DNA of 64,000 nucleotides from Halorutilales archaeon Cl-col2-1 (lineage in GTDB: Archaea; Halobacteriota; Halobacteria; Halobacteriales; Afararchaeaceae), in assembly GCA_041891055.1 (NCBI GenBank), contig CP169074.1, forward strand, positions 1,824,001 to 1,888,000. Reading direction: 5' to 3'. The stretch's first letter is position 1. Every line of letters begins with the position of its first letter. A program made the translations under genes and the position numbers. Below are positions 1 to 8,999 of the stretch, one piece after another. The notes beneath the pieces are model-generated. The model was not told where the DNA came from, ran no database searches, and worked only from the letters and a program-made list of their open reading frames with translations.

Positions 1-69
1 CCAGACTAAAGAGACGAGGAGGTACTTCCTGCGTAGACTGTCTCGGGTGCCGAGTAGAACATCTCTCAT
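1..69 (-). CDS. 5' part of a probable membrane protein, truncated by window edge
   Basis: ATG at 69 just downstream of dhs; reads MRDVLLGTRDSLRRKYLLVSLVW, open to the window edge. Confidence 0.4.
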   Translation of the reverse strand, partial: MRDVLLGTRDSLRRKYLLVSLVW

Positions 70-112
70 GCTGTCATACTCCGAGGGGGTGAAGCGAGGC
101 AGTTCTGTGAGT

Positions 113-1093
113 CTACTCCTTAAACGCGCTAGCAACGAGAAGCGGGAATACGAGTGTCGCCTCTGCTTCGACCTGTGTGTAGTTGGTCTGTTCCTCCTTT
201 ATCTTGCCCCAAGAGACAGCCTCGTTGGGTGGTGCTCCCGACAGTGACCCGTCGCCCTCCATTCCCGTGGATATGTAGACGACGTAGTCGGCTCCGCCTC
301 TGAAGAGGTTGGTCATTATGGCGTGGTGTTTCGGGACTCCGCCGCCGACCGCGATCAGACCCGTCTTTTCAGCGAGTAAGCCGTCCTCGATTAGCGAGTC
401 GTAGTCGTCGAGTATCTCGATTCCGACCTCTGAGTCGTAGCTCTGCCGGTAGAAGTAGAGGAAGTTGCCGACCTCGGCGTCGGTCAGAGCGGGACAGTAG
501 ACGGGGACGTCGTTGTCGGCGGCTTGTTTGAGAACCGAGTCCTCGTCGTCGAGAGTCTCGCCGAGTTCACGTGCGAACTCGGTGGGTGTCCTGATCTTCT
601 CCTCGGCGAAGAAGTCGTCGAAGAAGTCGTAGAGGTACTCCTCCAGCCAGACGTACCGATCCGACGGGACGAAGATGTTTCCCAGACGGTTGATGCCCTT
701 TTCACGTAGCTCCTCCTCGTCTGTCTCCCACTCTCCCATCTTGAACGGCATCTCGGTCTTGATGACGTCCTCGGTCAGCGATCCCGAAGTCGTGATAACG
801 ACGTCGACGTATCCCTCTCGGACGAGATAAGCGACTGTCTCACGTAGCCCCGACGAGATGATGTTCGAGGTAAACGTGAGATAGACCGTCGCGTCCTCTT
901 CCTGCATACGTTCGACGATATCGATTGCTTCTGCTAGCTGGGTTGCCTGGAACCCCGTCGTAGCGTAAGCATCGAGCATCTCACGGAAGTCGAACTCGCC
1001 ACGGAAGTCGTATCCACGTACGTCGGGGGTACCGATCTCCTCGTCAGTCCCGGGAAGGACGTGTTCGCGGGAATCAGAGTCGTCTTTATCCAT
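113..1093 (-). CDS. dys: deoxyhypusine synthase
   Basis: TGFQAT, TSNIISSGLR, INRLGNIFVP, GGGVPKHH, DGSLSGAPPNEAVSWGK motifs; start moved to ATG 1093 because the longer ORF runs into a repeat. Confidence 0.95.
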   Translation of the reverse strand: MDKDDSDSREHVLPGTDEEIGTPDVRGYDFRGEFDFREMLDAYATTGFQATQLAEAIDIVERMQEEDATVYLTFTSNIISSGLRETVAYLVREGYVDVVITTSGSLTEDVIKTEMPFKMGEWETDEEELREKGINRLGNIFVPSDRYVWLEEYLYDFFDDFFAEEKIRTPTEFARELGETLDDEDSVLKQAADNDVPVYCPALTDAEVGNFLYFYRQSYDSEVGIEILDDYDSLIEDGLLAEKTGLIAVGGGVPKHHAIMTNLFRGGADYVVYISTGMEGDGSLSGAPPNEAVSWGKIKEEQTNYTQVEAEATLVFPLLVASAFKE

Positions 1094-1145
1094 GTAGGCG
1101 GTACGTCGCCGAGCGGTTTGAATATCTCGAAATGGATGGAGTAAG

Positions 1146-1193
1146 TCTCCAGAACTTGTTCTGGATGGCACGTCAATCGAAGATTGACATACG
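1146..1193 (+). repeat. double-hairpin mini-insertion unit (48 nt)
   Basis: TCCAGAAC-TT-GTTCTGGA, linker TGGCAC, GTCAATC-GAA-GATTGAC, ends ATACG; GTCTC repeated at 1145 and 1193. Confidence 0.8.
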
Positions 1194-1244
1194 TCTCAGA
1201 TAGTGAACTACCCCACCCTACTCGCTCACGGCTAACGCCGTTCG

Positions 1245-1293
1245 TCTCAAAATCTACGAGTTTGAGGGCTCGCTAATCGGAGATTGGCGAACG
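1245..1293 (+). repeat. double-hairpin unit (49 nt)
   Basis: CTCAAAATC-TAC-GAGTTTGAG GGCT CGCTAATC-GGA-GATTGGCG AACG; CG on both sides; removal restores GCCGTTCGCTCCTTGAGGGTG. Confidence 0.85.
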
Positions 1294-1306
1294 CTCCTTG
1301 AGGGTG

Positions 1307-1399
1307 TCGTCAGAAGTGGAGCTTCTGACTGCTCACAAATCGTAGATTTGTGATGTCTCTGAGGAGACCTCAGAGGCTCGTGAACTTTCGTTCACGATG
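1307..1399 (+). repeat. two tandem double-hairpin units (49+44 nt)
   Basis: Four hairpins (GTCAGAAG/CTTCTGAC, TCACAAATC-GTA-GATTTGTGA, CTCTGAGG-AGA-CCTCAGAG, TCGTGAAC/GTTCACGA); removal restores GAGGGTGGGGCTTCC, the partner arm of CCCCACCCT. Confidence 0.85.
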
Positions 1400-1420
1400 G
1401 GGCTTCCTGTTTCAACGACG

Positions 1421-1466
1421 TTGTCAGACTACGTCTGACAGCCTGTCGAGGTTACCTCGACAAACG
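1421..1466 (+). repeat. double-hairpin unit (46 nt) in tnpB 3' end
   Basis: TGTCAGAC-TAC-GTCTGACA GCC TGTCGAGG-TTA-CCTCGACA AACG; ACG on both sides. Confidence 0.85.
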
Positions 1467-2665
1467 CACTTTGCATCCACGACGGTGGACGACCCACCAG
1501 TCGCGGACGTAGGGAGTGCAGTCTCCGCAGGCGTGACTTCGGCGTGTCCCACGCCTAACTCTGAAAGACCGCGTTGTAGCACGTTGTAGGCGGCGTTCTC
1601 GTCGCGGTCGGTCTCGAACCCACAGGTCGGGCAGGAATGTTCGCGCACCCACAGTTCTTTCTCAACCTCAACCCCGCACTCGGCACACTCTTGGGTCGTG
1701 CCCTCGGGTTCGACTTTCACGAAGTGCGTGTCCTCGCGGTCGCACTTGTATTCGAGGAAGTCGATGAACGTCCGCCACGACGCCGACGCTCTGTTGCGAC
1801 TATTCGACGGCAGTTGCATCATCTCGTGAACGTCAAGGTCTTCCACGGCTACGAGGTCGTACTCACGAGCGTAGTACGCTGAGAGTTTGTGCAGGAAGTC
1901 GCGACGCTTCCGTACAATACGAGCGTGGATGCGGGTCACGCGGCGGCGTTGCTCGTGCCAGTTCTTCGACCCCTTCACCTTGCGACTCAGCGCTCGTTGC
2001 TCGCGTTCGAGCCGTTCGTACTCGTCTTCGAGGTTGAGACTTCCGACCATCGTGCTGTCGGTGTCGTGAGCGTACTTGATGATGCCCACGTCGATACCAA
2101 CCATATCCTCGCGGTCAACCTCATCCAGAGCGGGTTTCTCGGACGCGCCGTCTTCGGTTTCGATGCCGAAGGTGGCGTACCACTCACCCGTTTTCTCTTG
2201 TTTGACCGTGACCTGTTTCACGCGGGCGTCGTCGGGGATGTCGCGGTGGAGGTGTATCGGCATCTCACCAATCTTGGAAAGGGAAAGCACGGTCTGGTCA
2301 CTCGTGTTCTTGAGTTCGAAACCAGACTGGTTGTAGGTGAGGCTCCGATACTCTCGCGGACTCTTCCACTTGAGCATCCCAACCTTGTGCCCATTCTCCT
2401 TCTTTTCTTTGAGGCGGTCGAGGTTGTCGCTGACGCGGCGGGCAACCATTTGCAACACTTTCGAGTACACGTCGGTGAGGTCGTCCCACCAATCTTTCAG
2501 GTCGGGAAGCATATTCTGCATCGCGGTGTACGATAGGTACTCGTCCGTGTTGCGGAGTTCGTACAAGTAGTGGTTGTAGAGTTGCCTACAGGCATCTATA
2601 TGCCGTTCTAGTTCAGATTGAACGGCTTCGTCGGGGTCGATGCGATATCTGTAGTTGTAGTTCAT
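1424..2665 (-). CDS. tnpB: RNA-guided endonuclease TnpB
   Basis: N-terminal YRYRIDP HTH; RuvC GIDVG / VEDL / DRDENAA; Zn finger CAEC..CPTC. Confidence 0.95.
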   Translation of the reverse strand: MNYNYRYRIDPDEAVQSELERHIDACRQLYNHYLYELRNTDEYLSYTAMQNMLPDLKDWWDDLTDVYSKVLQMVARRVSDNLDRLKEKKENGHKVGMLKWKSPREYRSLTYNQSGFELKNTSDQTVLSLSKIGEMPIHLHRDIPDDARVKQVTVKQEKTGEWYATFGIETEDGASEKPALDEVDREDMVGIDVGIIKYAHDTDSTMVGSLNLEDEYERLEREQRALSRKVKGSKNWHEQRRRVTRIHARIVRKRRDFLHKLSAYYAREYDLVAVEDLDVHEMMQLPSNSRNRASASWRTFIDFLEYKCDREDTHFVKVEPEGTTQECAECGVEVEKELWVREHSCPTCGFETDRDENAAYNVLQRGLSELGVGHAEVTPAETALPTSATGGSSTVVDAKCVCRGNLDRLSDVV

Positions 2666-2669
2666 CGTG

Positions 2670-2828
2670 TTACTCGTCTTGGTCGTCGGTTTCGTCGGGG
2701 TCGCTGACGCGGATGACTTTCACGTCTGCGCCGCGCCAGTCTTTGGGAACTGTAACGTGGGCACTCCCGCCGAACTCCTTCGCTTCACGGTCAATGATTT
2801 CTTCGCCTTCTAGTTCGAATGTGCCCAT
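2670..2828 (-). CDS. DUF2080-type transposase-associated small protein (52 aa)
   Basis: Read by hand: MGTFELEGEEIIDREAKEFGGSAHVTVPKDWRGADVKVIRVSDP..., directly upstream of tnpB. Confidence 0.85.
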   Translation of the reverse strand: MGTFELEGEEIIDREAKEFGGSAHVTVPKDWRGADVKVIRVSDPDETDDQDE

Positions 2829-2892
2829 ACACAAATATATATTGGGCATATATTATATGTTTCGGTGGAGAATGACGATAGCTTACGGCTGT

Positions 2893-2942
2893 TGCAAGAT
2901 CTACGATCTTGCTATCCACAAATTCGGAGAATTTGTGACTGT
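2893..2942. repeat. double-hairpin unit (50 nt)
   Basis: GCAAGATC-TAC-GATCTTGC and CACAAATTC-GGA-GAATTTGTG; CTGT repeated at 2889 and 2939. Confidence 0.8.
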
Positions 2943-2959
2943 ATCCCCGACCTACTGCG

Positions 2960-3118
2960 TATGAAAATCGAAGATTTACTTGTGCTAGAAAACTCTACGA
3001 GTTTTCTGCATCACAGAAATCTCTGATTTCTGAAGACCCGTGAATCTTAGATTCACGGACGTCCTCAGAACGCGAAGCGTTCTGATGTGCGAACGAGACG
3101 CGAAGCGTCTCGTCAACG
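2960..3118 (+). repeat. array of three tandem double-hairpin units (51, 51, 57 nt)
   Basis: Six hairpins, e.g. AGAAAACTC-TAC-GAGTTTTCT, CAGAAATC-TCT-GATTTCTG, CCGTGAATC-TTA-GATTCACGG, TCAGAACGC-GAA-GCGTTCTGA, ACGAGACGC-GAA-GCGTCTCGT. Confidence 0.85.
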
Positions 3119-3149
3119 CTACTCACTCGCTTCGCTCGTTGTGTTGCCG

Positions 3150-3251
3150 TCCGAAAATCTTCGATTTTCGTGATCTCGGAAATCTACGATTTCCGACGGT
3201 ACGCGAATCCTTGATTCGCTCGATCACGAGAGAGCGAAGCTCTCTCGAACG
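3150..3251 (+). repeat. two tandem double-hairpin units (50+52 nt)
   Basis: CGAAAATC-TTC-GATTTTCG, TCGGAAATC-TAC-GATTTCCGA, GCGAATC-CTT-GATTCGC, CGAGAGAGC-GAA-GCTCTCTCG. Confidence 0.85.
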
Positions 3252-3297
3252 ACTCCTTAAGGACGGGGACTTAGCCTGTAAGAGTGAAAATCAGAAG

Positions 3298-4359
3298 CTA
3301 CGCCAGGTTCCCCACGACGTTCTCTATCACGTCGACTGCGTTCCTGAACTCGGAGATCTCTATGTGTTCGTCGGGGGTGTGGTCAAGGTTCGAGTCGCCG
3401 GGTCCGTAGGTCACCATCGGACAGTCCCACGACTCGGCGAAGACGTTCATGTCACTCGTCCCCGTCTTGACCGAGAGACCCATGTCGCCGTCCTCGTCAC
3501 GTATCGACCGCGTAAAGGCACGCACGACGGGGTTCGATCTGTCAGCCATAACGGGCTCCGTCGACTCTCCGAAGTAGAGGTCGCCGTCTCCGACGTGTTC
3601 CCTGACTTCGCTCTTGAGCTCGTCGACAGAGTGGCTCGGGGGTATACGTATGTTGCCACGGAGCTCCGACCTGAGTTCGAAGCCGTCGGAGTCGGACTCT
3701 ATGTTGGTGGGCTTAGCCTGTAAACTCCGGAAGCCGTCCTCGTCGTCGGCGACTGTCTTGACGGCGTTCCAGAAGTCTATGACGTCCTCTATCGCATTAA
3801 CACCCGGACGTGCTGTATGTATAACCTCCCCGGTGACACGGTAACGCAGACGGAGTATGCCACGGTATCCGAGTGTGACCGTGTCCCAGCCCGACGGCTC
3901 GCCGTTTATGAGGAACTCGGGCTCTTCGCGGTTCTGTGACAGGTACCGCGCTCCGCGTCCCGACTTCTCCTCCTCGACGACCGCCGCGACGGTGATACGT
4001 CTGTCCGTATCAGTCTCGGCGTGGCGCGCCGCTCCGAGTATCATCGAGGAGAGTGGACCCTTGGCATCGACAGTCCCGCGTCCGTACATCTTACCACCCT
4101 CTATGCTCACGGGAATCTCTCCCGGAACTGTGTCCATGTGGCTCGTGAGGAGTATCTCGTCGGAACTCTCGTCTTCTGTGTTTCCGACACTCGCTATTAC
4201 GTTTCCTACCGAGTCAGTCTCGACCTCGAACCCCATCTCGGGAAGCTCTTCGAGTAGGTAGTCACGTGCCTCGCCCTCGTTCTCTGACGGGCTGTACCTC
4301 TCTACGAATCCCTTGAAGAACTCAATCTCCTCGTCGGAAGATAATGAGACGGATGTCAT
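3298..4359 (-). CDS. lysK: [LysW]-lysine/ornithine hydrolase (M20)
   Basis: [36 protein letters not shown]; cluster context. Confidence 0.92.
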   Translation of the reverse strand: MTSVSLSSDEEIEFFKGFVERYSPSENEGEARDYLLEELPEMGFEVETDSVGNVIASVGNTEDESSDEILLTSHMDTVPGEIPVSIEGGKMYGRGTVDAKGPLSSMILGAARHAETDTDRRITVAAVVEEEKSGRGARYLSQNREEPEFLINGEPSGWDTVTLGYRGILRLRYRVTGEVIHTARPGVNAIEDVIDFWNAVKTVADDEDGFRSLQAKPTNIESDSDGFELRSELRGNIRIPPSHSVDELKSEVREHVGDGDLYFGESTEPVMADRSNPVVRAFTRSIRDEDGDMGLSVKTGTSDMNVFAESWDCPMVTYGPGDSNLDHTPDEHIEISEFRNAVDVIENVVGNLA

Positions 4360-4374
4360 CTTCTTGTATTTATA

Positions 4375-5544
4375 TTACAGAACTTCGTCGATCGTCTCGA
4401 CTACCCTGTCGACGTGTTCTTCCTCGACTGTAAGGGGCGGAAGGAACCGTATCACGTTGACACCCGCCGAGAGTGCGAGTATGCCGTTCTTCGCAAGCTG
4501 AGACAGGTACCGTCCGCTTCTTCCTCTGACCTGGACGCCGACCATCAGACCCTTCCCACGTACATCGACTATCCTGTCTGAGTCGAGTCCTTCTATCCCC
4601 GAGGTGAGACGTTCCCCCATCTTCTTCGCGTTCTCGGCGAGGTCGTTCTCGACTATGTAGTCGAGAGACGCACGTGCCGCCGCCGATGTCACGGGGTTTC
4701 CACAGTAGGTTCCGCCGTGGCTTCCCTTCGGTATCTCTGCCATCTCTTCTGTGTAGACGACCGCGCTTATCGGAGTGCCTCCCCCAAGAGACTTCGCCGT
4801 CGTGAGAGCGTCGGGGGTGACGTCGTAATGCTCGTGGCTCCAGATCTCACCCGTCCTTCCGAGACCCGCCTGTATCTCGTCGAAGACGAGGTAAGCGCCG
4901 TGGTCATCACACAGGTCACGCGCCGCTTCTAAGTAGTCCTCGTTGGCGGGGTATATTCCCCCCTCGCCCTGTATGGGTTCGAGGAGTACCATCGCAGTCT
5001 CGTCGTCGACAGTCTCCTTGAGGTCGTCTACGTCGTTGTAAGACGAGAACTCGAACTCGGGGACGACGGGCTCGAAGGGCTCCCTGTACTTCGACTTCCA
5101 CGTCGCCGATATAGAGCCGTAAGTACGTCCGTGGAAACCTCTCTTTGCGGCGACTACCTTCCGGCTGTCGTCGTCAGTCGACCCCCTCGCGAACTTGATA
5201 GCAGTCTCGTTCGCCTCGGTTCCTGCGTTCGTGAGGAAGACCTTGTCGAGAGCCTCGGGTGTGATCTCGACGAGACGTTCCATCAGCTTTCCTCTCTCGG
5301 GGGTGGCGTACGACGCCTGTGCGTAGGTGAATTTCTCAGCCTGTTCTTTTATCGCATCGACTACCTCGGGGTTCGAGTGTCCGACCGCCATCACTCCGTA
5401 CGACGCTCCGAAGTCGAGGTACTCGTTCCCGTCGTGGTCGTAGACGTAGACGCCGTCACCCGACTCCACGGTTATGGGCTTCTTCGAGAAGACTTCCTCG
5501 TACCTCTTTTCCCTCTGAATTATGTCCTGGCTGTCCTCAGTCAT
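4375..5544 (-). CDS. lysJ: [LysW]-semialdehyde transaminase (class III PLP)
   Basis: FHGRT, EPIQGEGG, DEIQAGLGRTG, TAKSLGGG. Confidence 0.92.
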   Translation of the reverse strand: MTEDSQDIIQREKRYEEVFSKKPITVESGDGVYVYDHDGNEYLDFGASYGVMAVGHSNPEVVDAIKEQAEKFTYAQASYATPERGKLMERLVEITPEALDKVFLTNAGTEANETAIKFARGSTDDDSRKVVAAKRGFHGRTYGSISATWKSKYREPFEPVVPEFEFSSYNDVDDLKETVDDETAMVLLEPIQGEGGIYPANEDYLEAARDLCDDHGAYLVFDEIQAGLGRTGEIWSHEHYDVTPDALTTAKSLGGGTPISAVVYTEEMAEIPKGSHGGTYCGNPVTSAAARASLDYIVENDLAENAKKMGERLTSGIEGLDSDRIVDVRGKGLMVGVQVRGRSGRYLSQLAKNGILALSAGVNVIRFLPPLTVEEEHVDRVVETIDEVL

Positions 5545-6349
5545 TCTTATTAGTGAATACAGTTCCGTTTCCTTCGAGTGCTTGAGTCACGGGTGACTTT
5601 ACGTTCGCCGACGCGAATACGACTTCGGTCGCTCCCTTGTCGAGAGCCTCACGCGCCGCCATGACCTTCTTCTTCATCTTGCCCTCGGCGTACTTCTCTA
5701 TGACGTCGTCTATCTCGTCGTAGCCGACCTTCTCGATTAAGCTGTCTTCGTCGTCGGGGTCACGCAGAAGACCCGGGACGTCGGAAAGTATGGCGAGACG
5801 GCTTCCGAGTGCTCCCGCGACTGCCGCTGCCGACCGGTCGGCGTCTGTGTTGACAGCCGTACCCTCGTACGAGATCATGGGCACCGAGACTACTGGGGTG
5901 TAGCCGGCGTCGAGATGCATAGAGAGGAGTTCGTCGTTGACCTTCTCTATCTTGCCCGAGTGATCCCCTCTCATGACCTTCTTCCTGCCGTCTTCCTTGA
6001 CTATCACGGTGTCCTTTCTCTCTCCCTCTAGGAGACGTCCGTCGACTCCCGAGAGACCGACTGCGTCGACACCGCGTGACTGGAGCCCCTCGACGAGGTC
6101 GGTGTTTACGAGACCGGGCATAGCCATCTTGAAGATCTCCATCGAGTCCTCGTCTGTGAAACGTCCCTTGACTCCCGACGCGCTCGTGACATACGTCGGC
6201 TCGGTTCCGAGCCTCTCGTGGAGCCCGTCGACTACACCGCTTCCACCGTGGACGACTACGAAGCTGTCTTCTTCTATACCGGCTAAGTCGTCGAGGACGT
6301 TCTCGGGATCTACTCCGCTCGTGCCGCCTATCTTGACTACGAATGTCAT
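5537..6349 (-). CDS. lysZ: [LysW]-aminoadipate/glutamate kinase
   Basis: VVKIGG, VHGG, NTDADR, GKMKKK. Confidence 0.92.
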   Translation of the reverse strand: MTFVVKIGGTSGVDPENVLDDLAGIEEDSFVVVHGGSGVVDGLHERLGTEPTYVTSASGVKGRFTDEDSMEIFKMAMPGLVNTDLVEGLQSRGVDAVGLSGVDGRLLEGERKDTVIVKEDGRKKVMRGDHSGKIEKVNDELLSMHLDAGYTPVVSVPMISYEGTAVNTDADRSAAAVAGALGSRLAILSDVPGLLRDPDDEDSLIEKVGYDEIDDVIEKYAEGKMKKKVMAAREALDKGATEVVFASANVKSPVTQALEGNGTVFTNKND

Positions 6350-7368
6350 ACTGGATGTAGTCCCGTGTGTTCTAACCCGGCTGTCTCGTCGAATCCGAAC
6401 GCAATGTTCATGTCCTGCACAGCGGTTCCCGCGCTTCCCTTCATCATGTTGTCTATCGCGGAGAACGCCACCACGCGACCGTCTCCGATCTCGAATCCGA
6501 CGTCACAGTAGTTGGTTCCCTCGACTATCTTCGGCTCGGGGTATCTGTAGACCCCCCGGCGCGAGTTGGCTATACGTACGAAGGGCTCGTCGGAGTAGGT
6601 CGACTTGTAGGCTCTCTTGAGGTCAGCCTTCGATACGTCTTCCTCGGGGAAGACGTGTGCCGTCGACGCTATTCCACGCACTAGCTCTATGGCGTGGACG
6701 GTCATGCTCACGTCGAGCCCTGTCTCCTGGGTGATCTCCGCCTGGTGTCTGTGGCTCGTCGGAGCGTACGGACGCACTGTCCTCGACCTCTCGGCGTGGT
6801 GCGACGCCTTGTTCGCGCTCGCTCCTCCCGCGCTCGAACTCGTCTTGACGTCTAGTACGACGTTGTCGTTTTCGTCCACGATATCCTCCTCGACGAGAGG
6901 ATAGAGACCGAGTATCGCCGCGGTCGCGTTACAGCCTGGAGCGGCGATGAGGTCGGCGTCCCGGATGTCTTCCCTGTAGAGCTCGGGCACCCCGTATACG
7001 GCGTCGTCGAGAAGATCCGTGTTGGGATGCGGGTCGTACCATCTGTCGTAGTCGGCGGGGTCGTCGAGACGGTAGTCGCCGCTGAGGTCTATTATCTTCT
7101 CGCCGTATTCGAGAAGGTCGGGAAGCTCCTCCATCGTGTAGCCGTGGGGAGTTGCCGTAAAGAGGACATCTACCTCTTCGAGGTCGTCCGGACTCGTGAA
7201 CCTCAGGTTAGTCTTCCCCCTGAGGTTGGGATGTAGAGTCTCGACTGTCGCCCTCTCGTAAGACCGTGACGTGACCTGGCTGACCTCTACCTCGGGATGC
7301 TCTACGAGAAGGCGGAGAAGCTCTCCGCCCGTGTATCCGCTTCCGCCTATGATGCTAGCTTGAATCAT
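6346..7368 (-). CDS. lysY: [LysW]-phosphate reductase (ArgC family)
   Basis: GGSGYTGGE, DLSGDYR, PGCNAT, IDNMMKGSAG. Confidence 0.93.
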   Translation of the reverse strand: MIQASIIGGSGYTGGELLRLLVEHPEVEVSQVTSRSYERATVETLHPNLRGKTNLRFTSPDDLEEVDVLFTATPHGYTMEELPDLLEYGEKIIDLSGDYRLDDPADYDRWYDPHPNTDLLDDAVYGVPELYREDIRDADLIAAPGCNATAAILGLYPLVEEDIVDENDNVVLDVKTSSSAGGASANKASHHAERSRTVRPYAPTSHRHQAEITQETGLDVSMTVHAIELVRGIASTAHVFPEEDVSKADLKRAYKSTYSDEPFVRIANSRRGVYRYPEPKIVEGTNYCDVGFEIGDGRVVAFSAIDNMMKGSAGTAVQDMNIAFGFDETAGLEHTGLHPV

Positions 7369-8224
7369 AATTCTCCTCTATGTAGTCGACGTACTCCGAC
7401 GCGACGTCTATTCCGGTCGCCTCGGTGAGTGCCTTGAACTCTAAGCTGTGGTTGACCTCGTGTACGGTGTATCCGTCGTCGGTCTCCATTACGTCGACCC
7501 CTAAGACGCCTCCACCGACTGCTTCGGCTGCGTCGAGGGCGACTTCTTCGAGTTCGTCGGTAACATCGCAGTTCGACGCCTCGCCCCCTCTCGCGGCGTT
7601 CGTGATCCATTCGTCGCTCGAACGGTAGATCGCTCCTACGATATCGTCTCCGGCTACAATCACACGTATGTCACGTCCGGGCTTGTCGACGTAGTTCTGT
7701 ATGTAGAAGACAGAGTGCTCGTAATGACCAAGGACGTCCTTATGTTCGAGGACTGCCTCCGCCGACTCGGGGTCGTTTATCTTCGCCAAGAGACGTGCCC
7801 ACGAGCCTATAACGGGCTTGACTACGACGGGGTATCCCATCTCGTCTATAGTATCGAGTGCCGAGTCGATGGTGAACGCCACTCTTGTCTTGGGGGTCGG
7901 CACGCCGTTCTCAGTCAGAGCGAGCGAAGTCTCTACCTTGTTCCCACAGACGCGTGAGACCTCATATCCGTTGAGGGTCGGCACTCCGTACGACTCGAAG
8001 AACCTCACCGAGTAGAGCCCGCGCGAGTAACTTATCGCACGGTTGACGACGACATCGAGGTCTTCTACGTCTACGTCAGCTCCCTCGATCCCCGATGCTC
8101 CACTCAGTCCCAGAGAGACGTCGCGTGTGTCTATCTTGACGACGTCGTGTCCTCTGTCCCTCAGCTCGTTGAGGAGTAGCTTCTCGTCCTTACGTATACG
8201 GGAATAAAGGAAGCCGACCTTCAT
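7355..8224 (-). CDS. lysX: LysX/ArgX ATP-grasp ligase
   Basis: KPVIGSWARL, GRDIRV, WITNAARGG, HEVN. Confidence 0.93.
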   Translation of the reverse strand: MKVGFLYSRIRKDEKLLLNELRDRGHDVVKIDTRDVSLGLSGASGIEGADVDVEDLDVVVNRAISYSRGLYSVRFFESYGVPTLNGYEVSRVCGNKVETSLALTENGVPTPKTRVAFTIDSALDTIDEMGYPVVVKPVIGSWARLLAKINDPESAEAVLEHKDVLGHYEHSVFYIQNYVDKPGRDIRVIVAGDDIVGAIYRSSDEWITNAARGGEASNCDVTDELEEVALDAAEAVGGGVLGVDVMETDDGYTVHEVNHSLEFKALTEATGIDVASEYVDYIEENYDSS

Positions 8225-8228
8225 CTAA

Positions 8229-8402
8229 CTACTCTCCCCAGTCCTCTTCGAGTTCGGGTGCCTCTATGAGGTCGAGAGGATCTGTGTCTGCGACCTCAAG
8301 CTCAGCACCGCACTCGGTACAGTCTATTATCTCTCCGCGCTCTACTTCCCATTCTGGCTCTACCTCTGCTCCACATACGGGGCATTCTGCTTTCTGTGTC
8401 AT
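8229..8402 (-). CDS. lysW: amino-group carrier protein LysW
   Basis: CPVC...CTEC and C-terminal EEDWGE. Confidence 0.95.
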   Translation of the reverse strand: MTQKAECPVCGAEVEPEWEVERGEIIDCTECGAELEVADTDPLDLIEAPELEEDWGE

Positions 8403-8419
8403 TCTTGTCACCTGTATAT

Positions 8420-8830
8420 CTATATTTTCTCGTCTAGTATAAGACGTGTTCGTGTCGAGACGGTCTCGTCGAGCTTACGCAGACGCGTCACGAGGTCGTT
8501 GACCTCCGAGGTATCTGAGACGTCGACTACGACTATGAGATCCTCGTTTCCGCTGATCTCCCAGACGAAGTCTACGCCCTCCCAGTCAACTATCTCGTCC
8601 GAGACCTTCGAAGTCTCGACGTCTATGTCGACCTCGACCTCTATCATAGCGCGTACGTTTCCGACACTCGTCGAGACCGTGAAACGGCGTATCACGTCTT
8701 CTTCTCTGAGGCTCCGGACGCGGTTGCGCACTGTACCCTCCGAGGTTCCGACCTCCTCGGCTACCTCTGTGAAGGGCTTGCGTGCGTCGTGTTTGAGTAC
8801 TTCGAGTATCTTACGGTCAGTCGCGTCCAT
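8420..8830 (-). CDS. Lrp/AsnC transcriptional regulator
   Basis: MDATDRKILEVL..DAR..SEGTVRNRV HTH plus RAM domain. Confidence 0.92.
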   Translation of the reverse strand: MDATDRKILEVLKHDARKPFTEVAEEVGTSEGTVRNRVRSLREEDVIRRFTVSTSVGNVRAMIEVEVDIDVETSKVSDEIVDWEGVDFVWEISGNEDLIVVVDVSDTSEVNDLVTRLRKLDETVSTRTRLILDEKI

Positions 8831-8869
8831 CGTCTCTTACAGACGAGACGTCGGCTTAGAACATGAAGC

Positions 8870-8900
8870 TTACGAACTTCGTAAAGTCTTCTACGAAGAC
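8870..8900. promoter_or_regulatory. candidate Lrp operator palindromes upstream of the lrp-lysW operon
   Basis: Perfect TTACGAA-C-TTCGTAA (8870-8884) followed by GTCTTC-TAC-GAAGAC (8886-8900), 40-70 nt upstream of the start. Confidence 0.55.
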
Positions 8901-8999
8901 GAAAACGCGGTACGTAGACCAAACTCTTCTGACTTACCCACTCTTAACTGAAACAGTGACAACATACTGAACTATATATTTCACTCAGTTTCATAGACA

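Larger units (their letters stand above)
1203..1500 (-). ncRNA. predicted TnpB omega/reRNA scaffold (overlaps tnpB 3' end and right end), interrupted by 4 hairpin units
   Basis: Position inferred from established TnpB biology; boundaries approximate. Confidence 0.5.
1203..3290 (-). mobile_element. IS200/IS605-family (IS1341-type) element 1: DUF2080 + tnpB, no tnpA
   Basis: tnpB; right-end hairpin CCCCACCCT...AGGGTG(GGG) next to GTGAACTA at 1203; left-end hairpin TCCCCGACCT...AGGACGGGGA-CTTAGCC at 2944-3277; left boundary approximate. Confidence 0.85.

Noticed and set aside
1094-1171. N-terminal extension of deoxyhypusine synthase
   Set aside because: The upstream start lies inside hairpin unit 1146-1193; ATG 1093 fits better.
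2960-3251. CRISPR array
   Set aside because: Periodic and palindromic, but there is no constant direct repeat with unique spacers, no leader and no cas genes.
3040-3723. 227-aa plus-strand ORF
   Set aside because: Made of hairpin-unit sequence plus the antisense of lysK; composition is not acidic.
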